Source of the DNA: an uncultured Ruminococcus sp.
GTDB lineage: Bacteria > Bacillota > Clostridia > Oscillospirales > Ruminococcaceae
Assembly (NCBI GenBank): GCA_947627625.1
Contig: CANQWR010000006.1
Location: 11,571-75,570 of the forward strand
Length of the DNA: 64,000 nucleotides
Direction of reading: 5' to 3'
Under the pieces are notes generated by a model, which saw only the letters and a list, made by a program, of their open reading frames with translations, made no database searches and had not been told where the DNA came from. Each line of letters starts with the position of its first letter. The stretch's first letter is position 1. Below are positions 19,239 through 28,260 of the stretch, one piece after another. The translations under genes were made by a program, and so were the position numbers.

Positions 19239-21254
19239 ATGAAGATTAAAACGGGAAAAATCATCTCCGCCTTTCTTGCCGGGACAATCCCGCTCGGAAG
19301 TGTCAGCTTTGACGTTTCAGCGGAGGACTCTTTTATAGACGGCTACAGCCCGTGCAGATACCACTACGAGCAGTTGTTGTCTCAGGAGAACGGAGAGGGC
19401 AGACAGAAATTCTATCAGGCACTGACTGATTCCTGTCGTGATTTCTGGGAGAGCAATAAGAATTTAGAGCCGACGGACGTTAGCGGTACGGACTACTATG
19501 TGATAGACAGTTTCTGTCTTGATGATTTCGGCATAATGCACTCCGATTCAAGGGAAGTATACAGAAATTTCATGTACGACAATCCGATATTTTATTTTGC
19601 GGACAATGCGTGGTACTATACGCAGTACATGGGAAAGAATTATTTTTATCTGTGTGCCCCCGAGGAGTACGCCTCGGCTTTGTCAAGAAAGACCGCCAAT
19701 GCCGAAATAGAAGATTACATAGAGGACTACAGTACTTGTATAGAGAGCAGTTCCCCGTATGAGAACGCAAAGGCTATACACGACAAGCTGATACTCTCAA
19801 TGGAGTACGCCTATGAGCCTGACGGCGTGACACCATCGGAAGACCCGAACGCCTACACAATTTTTGGTGCGATTGAAGACGGTCTTGGAGTGTGCCAGTC
19901 CTATGCACTCACCTACTCAATGATATGCAATTACTACGGCATAGACAACATATTTGCAACGGGTTACGCATACAGCGGATTTACGGCAGGCGGTCACGCA
20001 TGGAATCTGATAAAACTCGACGACGGAAATTACTACCACGCAGACTGCACATGGGACGACCACGGTACAATAGTTGGATATGATTATTTTGCAGTCGGAA
20101 ATGACACTATGGAAGCAGACCATATTATGGACGAGAGTGAATATTACGTCATGCCGAAAGTGAGCGACACGGACTTTGTACCTGGAGAGTACCCCGCAGT
20201 TACGACGGTGACGACAATTCCGACCACAACTACATCTACAACAACTACTACAACAACGACCACCACATCGACTACAACTACAACCACCACGACAACCACA
20301 AAACCCACGACGACAACCACTTCCCAGACCACAACAAGTTCAACCACAAAACCCACGACAACAACCACTTCCGAGACCACAACAAAGTCGACTACAAAAC
20401 CCACAACTACAACTACTTCCCAAACCACAACAAAGTCGACTACAAAGCCCACGACAACAACCACTTCCCAAACTACAACGAAGTCGACTACAAAGCCCAC
20501 GACAACAACCACTTCCGAAACCACAACGAAGTCGACTACAAAACCCACGACAACAACGAGTACAGCTACCACCACGGCAACGGTTACAACAACTTCCGTC
20601 TCTCCCGAAAATGACTACACCATCGGCATTTACGGAGACTTTGCGTACCGTGCATATTCCGACCACGTTGAAATTACGGGACAGAGCCGTCAGTTTGGTG
20701 ACATAGAGGGAGCGGTCAATATCCCCGAAAAAATAGACGGTCTGCCCGTGACTGTCATAGCAAGAGGGGCTTTCAAAGACTGTTCGGGAATAACTTCCGT
20801 GACAATCCCCGAGAGTGTTCGGGAAATACAGAGAAACGCTTTCAAGAGCTGCACACTTCTTGAGAGTGTCACAATATACAACCCCGACTGCAAAATTTAT
20901 GATGACTATGCGACTTTCTGCAATTTTTCGCTTGAACTTGCAGGCGGAATGACTTTTGTCTCATCAAATTACACCATTTACGGCTATGAAAACTCCACCG
21001 CACAGGCTTACGCAGAGAGTGCACAGGTCAAGTTTGAAAAGATAGAAAAGACGGCAAAAGGCGATGCAAACGGCGACGGACAGGTCACTATTGCGGACGC
21101 TGTTGCGATTTTGCAGTTCCTTGCAAATGCGGACGAGTACGCCCTTACGGAGCAGGGCATGAAAAATGCGGACGTTCTGGGCGGCGACGGCGTGAACACG
21201 GAAGATGCTCTACAGATTCAGAAACTCGATGCGGGGCTGATTGATAAATTATAA
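19239..21254 (+). CDS. Transglutaminase-like domain + Thr-rich linker + LRR + dockerin protein
   Basis: GVCQSYA, GHAWN and DCTWDD (Cys-His-Asp triad); TTKPTTTTT repeats; dockerin. Confidence 0.88.
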   Translation: MKIKTGKIISAFLAGTIPLGSVSFDVSAEDSFIDGYSPCRYHYEQLLSQENGEGRQKFYQALTDSCRDFWESNKNLEPTDVSGTDYYVIDSFCLDDFGIMHSDSREVYRNFMYDNPIFYFADNAWYYTQYMGKNYFYLCAPEEYASALSRKTANAEIEDYIEDYSTCIESSSPYENAKAIHDKLILSMEYAYEPDGVTPSEDPNAYTIFGAIEDGLGVCQSYALTYSMICNYYGIDNIFATGYAYSGFTAGGHAWNLIKLDDGNYYHADCTWDDHGTIVGYDYFAVGNDTMEADHIMDESEYYVMPKVSDTDFVPGEYPAVTTVTTIPTTTTSTTTTTTTTTTSTTTTTTTTTTKPTTTTTSQTTTSSTTKPTTTTTSETTTKSTTKPTTTTTSQTTTKSTTKPTTTTTSQTTTKSTTKPTTTTTSETTTKSTTKPTTTTSTATTTATVTTTSVSPENDYTIGIYGDFAYRAYSDHVEITGQSRQFGDIEGAVNIPEKIDGLPVTVIARGAFKDCSGITSVTIPESVREIQRNAFKSCTLLESVTIYNPDCKIYDDYATFCNFSLELAGGMTFVSSNYTIYGYENSTAQAYAESAQVKFEKIEKTAKGDANGDGQVTIADAVAILQFLANADEYALTEQGMKNADVLGGDGVNTEDALQIQKLDAGLIDKL

Positions 21255-21368
21255 GATATAAATTAAATTAAAATAAAAAGCAAAAGCTGTCGGTTTCGAC
21301 CGACGGCTTTTGTATATTTTTACCAAAAATATATAAAAAACCTCCCGAAAGTTCGTATAAAATACCTC

Positions 21369-21399
21369 TTGCTTTTTTTTTTTTTTTTTATGCTATAAT
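21369..21399 (+). promoter_or_regulatory. Promoter with a poly-T(17) spacer
   Basis: TTGC-T17-ATGC-TATAAT. Confidence 0.8.
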
Positions 21400-21433
21400 A
21401 TTAAATATATAATAATACTCAGGAGGTTTTTTT

Positions 21434-22552
21434 ATGAAAAAACTTTTATCAATCGCCCTCACAGGGGCTGTTGCCCTCTCGGCTGGTTCTTACTTTGTGA
21501 ACTCTGTACAGCAGACAAGCATGGCTGCCACCTACGGAAAGTACCAGATGTTGGAATATGAAGTGTATGGAGGCAACAGTATAATTATAACGGACTGTTT
21601 AGATATGGCAAAAGGGAAAATAGAAATTCCCGAAAAAATTGAAAAATTTCCGGTCATATCAATCGGAATGCATGCGTTTGAAAATAATGAATATATCACT
21701 TCTATTGTTCTTCCCGAGAAAATAGAAACTATTCAGCCTTGTGCGTTTGAAGGTTGTGGTCTTGAAACAATAGAAATGCAGGAGGGAGTCGGAAGTATAC
21801 AAGGATCTGCTTTTTGTGATGCTAAAAATCTCAAATATATAGAAATCCCTGAAAGCGTTGAGACTATTTATTATCAGGCATTTGATGGCTGTATATCTCT
21901 TGAATACATCGTGATAAAAAATCCATATTGTGATATTTATGACAACGCTAACACAATCAGCGATACGGCTGTCATTTACGGCTATGAAAATTCAACGGCA
22001 CAGGCTTATGCAGAGGTTTATGGACGTGAGTTCAGGCTTATTGATGAAGCTCCAACCACGGAGGAGACAACTACAACAACCGAAACTGAAACCACTACAA
22101 CTGAAACTGAAACCACCACAACCGAAACCGAAACCACCACAACCGAAACCGAAACCACCACAACCGAAACTGAAACCACTACAACTGAAACTGAAACCAC
22201 CACAACCGAAACTGAAACCACCACAACCGAAACTGAAACCACCACAACCGAAACTGAAACCACTACAACTGAAACTGAAACCACCACAACCGAAACTGAA
22301 ACCACTACAACTGAAACTGAAACCCCCACCACGGAGGAAATCGAATCCCTCAAAGGCGATGCAAACGGAGATAACGCCGTTACAATTGCCGACGCTGTTG
22401 CTATTTTGCAGTACCTTGCAAACTCCGACGAGTACCCCTTGAGCGAACAGGGTGCGAAAAATGCGGACGTTGCGGGCGGCGGCGACGGCATTAACACCGA
22501 TGACGCTCTCCTGATTCAGCAATTCGATGCGGGTGTAGCGGAAATAGGCTGA
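21434..22552 (+). CDS. LRR protein with TETETTT tandem-repeat linker and dockerin
   Basis: Signal peptide, LRR_5 repeats, about twelve 21-bp repeats, dockerin. Confidence 0.92.
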   Translation: MKKLLSIALTGAVALSAGSYFVNSVQQTSMAATYGKYQMLEYEVYGGNSIIITDCLDMAKGKIEIPEKIEKFPVISIGMHAFENNEYITSIVLPEKIETIQPCAFEGCGLETIEMQEGVGSIQGSAFCDAKNLKYIEIPESVETIYYQAFDGCISLEYIVIKNPYCDIYDNANTISDTAVIYGYENSTAQAYAEVYGREFRLIDEAPTTEETTTTTETETTTTETETTTTETETTTTETETTTTETETTTTETETTTTETETTTTETETTTTETETTTTETETTTTETETTTTETETPTTEEIESLKGDANGDNAVTIADAVAILQYLANSDEYPLSEQGAKNADVAGGGDGINTDDALLIQQFDAGVAEIG

Positions 22553-22574
22553 GAATAAGTAAACAATATTTACC

Positions 22575-22610
22575 AAAAGCCCTCCCGAATTTTTCGGAGG
22601 GCTTTTTTTT
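22575..22610 (+). terminator. Rho-independent terminator
   Basis: AAAAGCCCTCCCGAA...TTCGGAGGGCTTTTTTTT. Confidence 0.85.
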
Positions 22611-22650
22611 AGCAATATATAGCCGTGAACACGTTCGCAGACTTTTTTAG

Positions 22651-22680
22651 ATGACTTTTTCAAAACAGCGTGATATAATA
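22651..22680 (+). promoter_or_regulatory. Putative promoter for the ncRNA array
   Basis: ATGACT-17 bp-TATAAT with an extended -10 TG (TGATATAAT, 22671-22679). Confidence 0.6.
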
Positions 22681-22863
22681 TAATCATGGAACGGACAGAG
22701 ACGTTCCCGAAAGATTTATGGCGGAAAAAAGGGAAGCTGAGGTGAGTATGCTGTGAACAGGATACGAAGTCCGGGGGAACTCCGATGAAGGCAACTAAGT
22801 ATGGACGCTGTACAATAGAAAGACAGTCAACCGTCAGACTGTGACAGAAGGTCGTACCCCTTA

Positions 22864-23707
22864 AAGACGCACACAGCAATCTTTATGCTGTTATACTATT
22901 GAAATCTTGTTGTGTAACCGCACACCCGTGCGGGAGCCGCAACCCTGATGTGGCAGGTGAGCCGCAGAACCCTGTGGAGACAGGCGGTATCGGTGGAAAG
23001 ACCGCAGACCGAAAAGCTCAAGAAAATGCGTCTTGTCTGAATGGTTCTCACAGCAATAAAACAATGAAAAGAGCGTTTATTTGGCTTAACAGGCACTTAC
23101 AAAACAAATAAATTGCACAGTTGTACGAACCGTGTAAAAGAAAAGCACCAACAGCAATTTTTACATAATTTAACTATAAAATTAGCTGATATTTAGTGGA
23201 AAGATAGGGTGCTTTGAATACAATTGAATATTTTAATGTATACGGCACGTCTGTCGGCACTGTCGAGATAATATTTGAAACTCGAAGGCTTGATAGCCGT
23301 AAAAAATCCCGACAGAGTGCTGTAATTTTGTGTGACAGGATAATTTTTTTATTATTTTTATTATTTTTTAACCAACGGCTCTTACAGCAACTTTTTGCTA
23401 TGGGTCTCGGAGAGAGGGGGAGTGTTGCAAAACGCTTTACCCGCCGGATGCAATTTTACGAGCCGTGTAAAAGCACCGACAGCAAATTTTATAATTTTAT
23501 ACAAAATTGAAAATCTAAAAAAGACGTGCTTTGTTTCATACGTAAATTTACACGCCGAATTTTGAACGGCTCTTACAGCAACTTTTTTCTATTGGTCCAC
23601 GCCGGAAAGTCAGGTAATGCTGACGCCGGTGCAATAAAAACGAGCCGTGACAAAGGCACTCACAGCAAATTTTGCCCGGTCCTTTTAAGACTGTATGCAG
23701 TGCCTTG
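22864..23707 (+). ncRNA. Array of seven putative small RNAs (7-bp stem, NN, ACAGCAA, variable loop, stem, G)
   Basis: Units at 22864-23035, 23041-23134, 23142-23216, 23375-23467, 23470-23533, 23566-23649 and 23653-23707; ACAGCAA always starts 9 nt after the stem start; stems differ but remain complementary. Confidence 0.75.
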
Positions 23708-23777
23708 TTATTTTATAACGATAAGTGACAGGGCGTTTTACCTCCAAAACCCCGTTAAAATTGTAAGGGTAAAGCCC

Positions 23778-24222
23778 TTTTGGGAGACTTTGCCCCCAGA
23801 CCCCCATAATTATTCCCACAGAAGGAATAATAAGGAGCAGGAGGTACACTCCAAACCTCCGTGATTAGACAAAAATTTGAATAGTGGGAAAACTAAAAAT
23901 ATATAATCACGGGTTTCCAAAGGGGCTTTGCCCCTTTGGCAGGGGGTCTGGGGGACAGCGTCCCCCAGTCCAAAGCCGTAAGGCAGTATAAATTATTTTG
24001 GGACGACAAGGGGCAGGGGGCTTCGCCACAAAAAATAATTTTCTTAAAATTATATTTTTTTAGAAATTTCTTTGACTTGTGGACTGTCGGGGACGTGCAA
24101 ATTTTTATCAGAACGATAAGAGGCAGGGGCGTTGCCCCCTGAACCCCCATTGGGGGCTCTGCCCCCAAACCCCCGTCGGGGGGAAGAATCCCCCCGAACC
24201 CCCCATGATTATTCCCACAGAG
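23778..24222 (-). repeat. GC-rich palindromic repeat, copy 7 (between the array and the DUF2828 gene)
   Basis: Inverted core, AT-hairpin and GGGGCTTTGCCCCTTTGG modules. Confidence 0.85.
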
Positions 24223-24277
24223 AAAACAAACCCTATACCAAGCCATAGCCGTACACCGAGACCGAAAGGAGATTATT

Positions 24278-25750
24278 ATGCTTGAATTTCTCAAAAAAAG
24301 TGCAAACATCGGCTACACCGAAAACGGTGCAGTCACAAATCTGACATCCGATTCGCACTGTCTTGATTTGTTTTTCAGAGCAGGTGCTATGCGTAACGCC
24401 AACGAACAGACGATAGCAAACGCTGTCATGAGGGCTTACACTGAAAATCCCGAAAAGACAATGAAAATAATCTTCTTTGCAAGGGACGTTAGGGGCGGAC
24501 TTGGTGAGAGAAGATTTTTCAGAATAGCTGTCAGGACTCTTGCAAGGTACGCAACAAAAGCTGTCGAGAGAAATATTCCCTACTTTGCGGAGTACGGCAG
24601 ATTTGACGATTTGTGTGTACTTCTTGACACGTTCTGCTGTGAGTCGGCAGTCGCAGAGATAAAGAGACAGCTTGACGAGGACGTAAAAGCAATGCAGGAG
24701 AAAGAGCCTGTTTCACTTCTTGCAAAGTGGATGCCGTCGGTGAACGCTTCAAGTGAGGAGACAAAAAAGACCGCAAAGAAACTCGCAAAAAAGCTCGGTA
24801 TGACGGAACAGAATTACAGAAAAACTCTCTCCGCACTGAGAAAATATATTGACATTCTTGAGAACAATCTCCGTGAGAGGGATTATTCTTTTGAGTACTC
24901 AAAACAGCCCTCCAAGGCAATGCTGAAGTACCAGAAGGCTTTTATCAGGAATGACGAAACCCGCTATACGGAATTTATAAAGTCCGTGCAGAGGGGAGAG
25001 GTCAAGCTGAACACCTCCGCACTCTACCCCTATGACATAGTGAGAAAAGTGTTGTGGGCTAATTTGAGTGAGGACGAAAAAAACGCACTGAACGTCACAT
25101 GGGAGAATCTCCCGAATTTCGGCAACGGTTCGGAAAATCAGAACGCCATAGCCGTGGTGGACGGTTCGGGTTCAATGACGTGTACAAACTACGGAAATGT
25201 CAGACCGATTGACGTTGCACTCTCTCTCGGAATATACTTTGCGGAACACAACAGCGGTGTCTTTGCAAATCACTTCATAACTTTTTCTCACAGTCCACGC
25301 CTTGTTGAGATAAAGGGAAGTGACATATACGAGAAAGTGAATTACTGTGCCACATACAACGAGGTCGCAAATACAGACCTTGAAGCTGTTTTCCGTCTTA
25401 TTCTCACCACAGCCGTGAACAACAAGCTCCCGCAAGAACAGCTCCCGTCGAGGATATACATAATATCCGATATGGAGTTTGACTACTGTGTGTACGGCGG
25501 AAACAGTATGCCGATGTTTGAGTCCATGGAGAAGATGTACAAGAAGTACGGCTATGAACTTCCAAATATTATCTTCTGGAATGTCAACAGCAGGAGCAGC
25601 AATGTGCCTGTTAAGATGAGCCGAACGGGTGCGGCACTTGTTTCGGGAGCGTCCCCTGCAATTTTTGACATGGTCGCAAGCGGAGAACTCTCTCCCGAAA
25701 AGATTATGAACGACATAATAATGAGCGAGCGTTACGCCAAAATAGCGTAG
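24278..25750 (+). CDS. DUF2828-family TROVE/Ro60-like protein with C-terminal vWA (MIDAS) domain
   Basis: TENGA, DLFF, ARDVRGGLGERR, YGRFDDL and LAKWMPS motifs; VVDGSGSM (DxSxS), IISDMEFD, IIFWNV; family call from motif recognition. Confidence 0.85.
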   Translation: MLEFLKKSANIGYTENGAVTNLTSDSHCLDLFFRAGAMRNANEQTIANAVMRAYTENPEKTMKIIFFARDVRGGLGERRFFRIAVRTLARYATKAVERNIPYFAEYGRFDDLCVLLDTFCCESAVAEIKRQLDEDVKAMQEKEPVSLLAKWMPSVNASSEETKKTAKKLAKKLGMTEQNYRKTLSALRKYIDILENNLRERDYSFEYSKQPSKAMLKYQKAFIRNDETRYTEFIKSVQRGEVKLNTSALYPYDIVRKVLWANLSEDEKNALNVTWENLPNFGNGSENQNAIAVVDGSGSMTCTNYGNVRPIDVALSLGIYFAEHNSGVFANHFITFSHSPRLVEIKGSDIYEKVNYCATYNEVANTDLEAVFRLILTTAVNNKLPQEQLPSRIYIISDMEFDYCVYGGNSMPMFESMEKMYKKYGYELPNIIFWNVNSRSSNVPVKMSRTGAALVSGASPAIFDMVASGELSPEKIMNDIIMSERYAKIA

Positions 25751-25771
25751 GGGGTGTCCTCCCGAATACCG

Positions 25772-25802
25772 AAAAAACTGTCGGATTGCTCCGACAGTTT
25801 TT
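25772..25802. terminator. Bidirectional terminator
   Basis: AAAAAACTGTCGGA-TTGC-TCCGACAGTTTTT. Confidence 0.85.
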
Positions 25803-25804
25803 GA

Positions 25805-26890
25805 TTATTCAAGGGAATCTATAAGCCCTGCGTCCCACTTCTGAATCATAAGTGCATCGTTAGTGTTTACACCGTTTCCGTTTCCGATAACGTCCGCATT
25901 TTTCATACCCTGCTCCGAGAGTGCATACTCGTCCGCATTTGCAAGATATTGCAGAATTGCGACGGCATCGGCGATAGTGACCTTGCCGTCCTCGTTTGAA
26001 TCGCCCTTGACAGTTTTAGTTGCTTCGGTTGTTGTGGTGGTAGTCGGTTTAGCCGTTGTGGTTGTTGTGGGCTTAGCTGTAGTCGTTGTGGCTTTTGTAG
26101 TTGTTGTAGTGGTTGCCTTTGTTGTAGTGGTTGTCGTTTGGGCATCTATGTTTACAAATTTTCGTCCATAGATTTCAGCGTAAAATTGTGCAGTTGAATC
26201 TTCATAGCCATAAATTGTAGCCGTTTCGCTTATAGTGTTGGGATCGTTGTATATGTCGCAGTATGGATTTTCTATTGTGATTGATTTGAGAGATGTACAA
26301 GCAACGAACGCATTAGACTCTATCGTTTCTATGTTTTTTGGAACTGTTATAGACTTAAGCACAGGACAATCTCCGAATGTATGCTCTGGGAGTACTTTCA
26401 GCCCTTTGCCTATAACGGCACTTTCAAGGTAAGGATCTTCTGCAAACACACCTTCTCCGAGTTCTTTCACACTATCGGGAATTTTTATAGACTTCAGATT
26501 AGGTGCTTTATGAAAAGCGTATTGTCCTATATATTCAACTCCCTCCTGAATGCTCACCGTTTCAACACTGCTTGCATAAAAAGCACCACCTCTAATTTCC
26601 TTTATTGTGTCAGGCAAAACAACAGAAGTTATATATTTCTTACTATTAAACGCATCGTAGTCTATAACTGTGACACGCATACCGTCAATGCTCTCCGGAA
26701 CAACTATTTCTCCTTTAGCCACGTCAAGACAGTCAGTTATTTCTACAGTTCCTTCCCACACTCCATATTCCAACATCTCATACTTTTCAGCATTTGCCGT
26801 CAGGCTTGTCTGCTGTGCGGGGGCTATGTAATAAGCACCGGCCGAGAGTGCAATAGCACCCGTGAGAACGATTGACATAAATTTTTTCAT
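25805..26890 (-). CDS. BspA-type LRR protein with dockerin
   Basis: MKKFMSIV signal peptide after AAGGAG RBS; LRR_5 repeats; Thr linker; dockerin. Confidence 0.92.
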   Translation of the reverse strand: MKKFMSIVLTGAIALSAGAYYIAPAQQTSLTANAEKYEMLEYGVWEGTVEITDCLDVAKGEIVVPESIDGMRVTVIDYDAFNSKKYITSVVLPDTIKEIRGGAFYASSVETVSIQEGVEYIGQYAFHKAPNLKSIKIPDSVKELGEGVFAEDPYLESAVIGKGLKVLPEHTFGDCPVLKSITVPKNIETIESNAFVACTSLKSITIENPYCDIYNDPNTISETATIYGYEDSTAQFYAEIYGRKFVNIDAQTTTTTTKATTTTTTKATTTTAKPTTTTTAKPTTTTTTEATKTVKGDSNEDGKVTIADAVAILQYLANADEYALSEQGMKNADVIGNGNGVNTNDALMIQKWDAGLIDSLE

Positions 26891-26922
26891 GTTAAAAACT
26901 CCTTGCAAATTATTTTAGTAAC

Positions 26923-26949
26923 ATTGTAACAAAAAAAAAAAAAAAGCAA
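26923..26949 (-). promoter_or_regulatory. Promoter with a poly-T(15) spacer
   Basis: Minus strand TTGC-T15-GT-TACAAT. Confidence 0.8.
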
Positions 26950-27049
26950 GTGGTTTTTTATACAAACTTTACAAATAATTTTTGTGGATTTTTAACAAAA
27001 AAATAAAAACTGTCGGACGAATCCGACAGTTTTTTAATTTTTTTAATAT

Positions 27050-28150
27050 TTATTCGCTTTCAACAGGCAGGTCGCTGATTACCTTTGCGTCGAGTTTCTG
27101 AACAGCGAGAGCGTCCTCTGTGTTCACGCCGTCGCCGACATTACAGCAGTCGGCGTTTATCTCAGCCTTTTCGCTAAGAGCGTATTCGTCGCCGTTTGCG
27201 AGATACTGGAGAATTGCAACGCTGTCGGCAATGGTAACATCGCCATCGAGATTTGCGTCACCGTAGAGAGTTTCTGTCTCCTCTGTGGGGGGCTGTTCGC
27301 CTATGGGTTCAAATTTATAGCCGTACTTTTCGGCGTAAGCCTGTGCTGTTGAGTTTGGATAGCCGTAAATTGTGCCGTTAAACTCAAAGTTACCATTATA
27401 TCCAATTGAACCACACATAATTCCAGCAATCTCACAATCGGGGTTTTCTATTGTTATAGATTCAAGACCTTTACAATTATAAAAAACTAAACCTCCTATT
27501 TTTGTAACAGAATTAGGAATAGTTACTGATGTAAGCCCTGAACAACCCTCAAAAGCATGATCGCCTATTTCTGTTACAGAATCAGGGATAGTTATTGACT
27601 CAATGTCTTCACAGTAGTAGAAAGTCATAGGTTCTATCTTTGTAATAGAATTTGGAATGGTTACTGATGTGATAGAAAGACCATAAAAAGCGGCTGCACC
27701 TATACTTGTAACCGAATCCGGAATTATAACCGATTTCAAACTATGACAAAAGTAAAAAGCATAGTACCCTATCTCTGTGACAGTATTCGGAATTTCATTT
27801 AACTCAAGACTTCCACACGATGCAAACGCACTGTTTCCTATTCGCTTGATATTTTTGGGAAATTTCACACTTTTCAAATTTGTGCAAAATACAAAAGCTT
27901 CATCTCCAATTTCAGTAACAGGCAAGTCCTCTATCTTATCAAGAATGACGACTTCTGTTAAATTTTCATTATGACTGTTATCACCAACTTCAACATGGTC
28001 TGCATATTTTCTGTATTTCACATTTTCGTAAGTGACCTCAGTGTATTCAACATTTTCCTCCGCAATTGTTGAAAAATTTGGAGCAGGACAGAAAACACCT
28101 GCTGACAGAATAATTGCCCCCGCAAGAGCGACCGATACGAATTTTTTCAT
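27050..28150 (-). CDS. BspA-type LRR protein with dockerin
   Basis: Signal peptide, LRR_5 repeats, dockerin; ordinary TTGACA-17-TATAAT promoter. Confidence 0.92.
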   Translation of the reverse strand: MKKFVSVALAGAIILSAGVFCPAPNFSTIAEENVEYTEVTYENVKYRKYADHVEVGDNSHNENLTEVVILDKIEDLPVTEIGDEAFVFCTNLKSVKFPKNIKRIGNSAFASCGSLELNEIPNTVTEIGYYAFYFCHSLKSVIIPDSVTSIGAAAFYGLSITSVTIPNSITKIEPMTFYYCEDIESITIPDSVTEIGDHAFEGCSGLTSVTIPNSVTKIGGLVFYNCKGLESITIENPDCEIAGIMCGSIGYNGNFEFNGTIYGYPNSTAQAYAEKYGYKFEPIGEQPPTEETETLYGDANLDGDVTIADSVAILQYLANGDEYALSEKAEINADCCNVGDGVNTEDALAVQKLDAKVISDLPVESE

Positions 28151-28260
28151 AAAAACTCCCCCTTTAATGAAAATATTATATCACAGATTTTTCCTTTTGT
28201 CAACAAAAAATAAAAAACTGCCGAAAAAAATTTCCCGGCAGTTTTTTAATTTTTTTAATA

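Noticed and set aside
20144..22497. Val-rich antisense ORFs
   Set aside because: Shadows of Thr-rich linker repeats on the coding strand
22940..23020. Hammerhead ribozyme in unit 1 (CTGATG...GAAA)
   Set aside because: Core reads CTGATGT rather than CTGANGA, and the required stems are not in place
22864..23707. CRISPR array interpretation of the ACAGCAA units
   Set aside because: No constant 23-47 bp direct repeat, unit lengths range from 55 to 172 nt, and no cas genes are present; conservation is structural
22864..23707. Units as canonical tRNA genes
   Set aside because: No D-arm or TTCGA T-arm and no CCA ends
22896..23864. Short ORFs predicted across the array (22899, 23214, 23526 and 22896 minus)
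   Set aside because: Mostly non-ATG starts, no clear RBS, no recognisable motifs; they overlap structured RNA units
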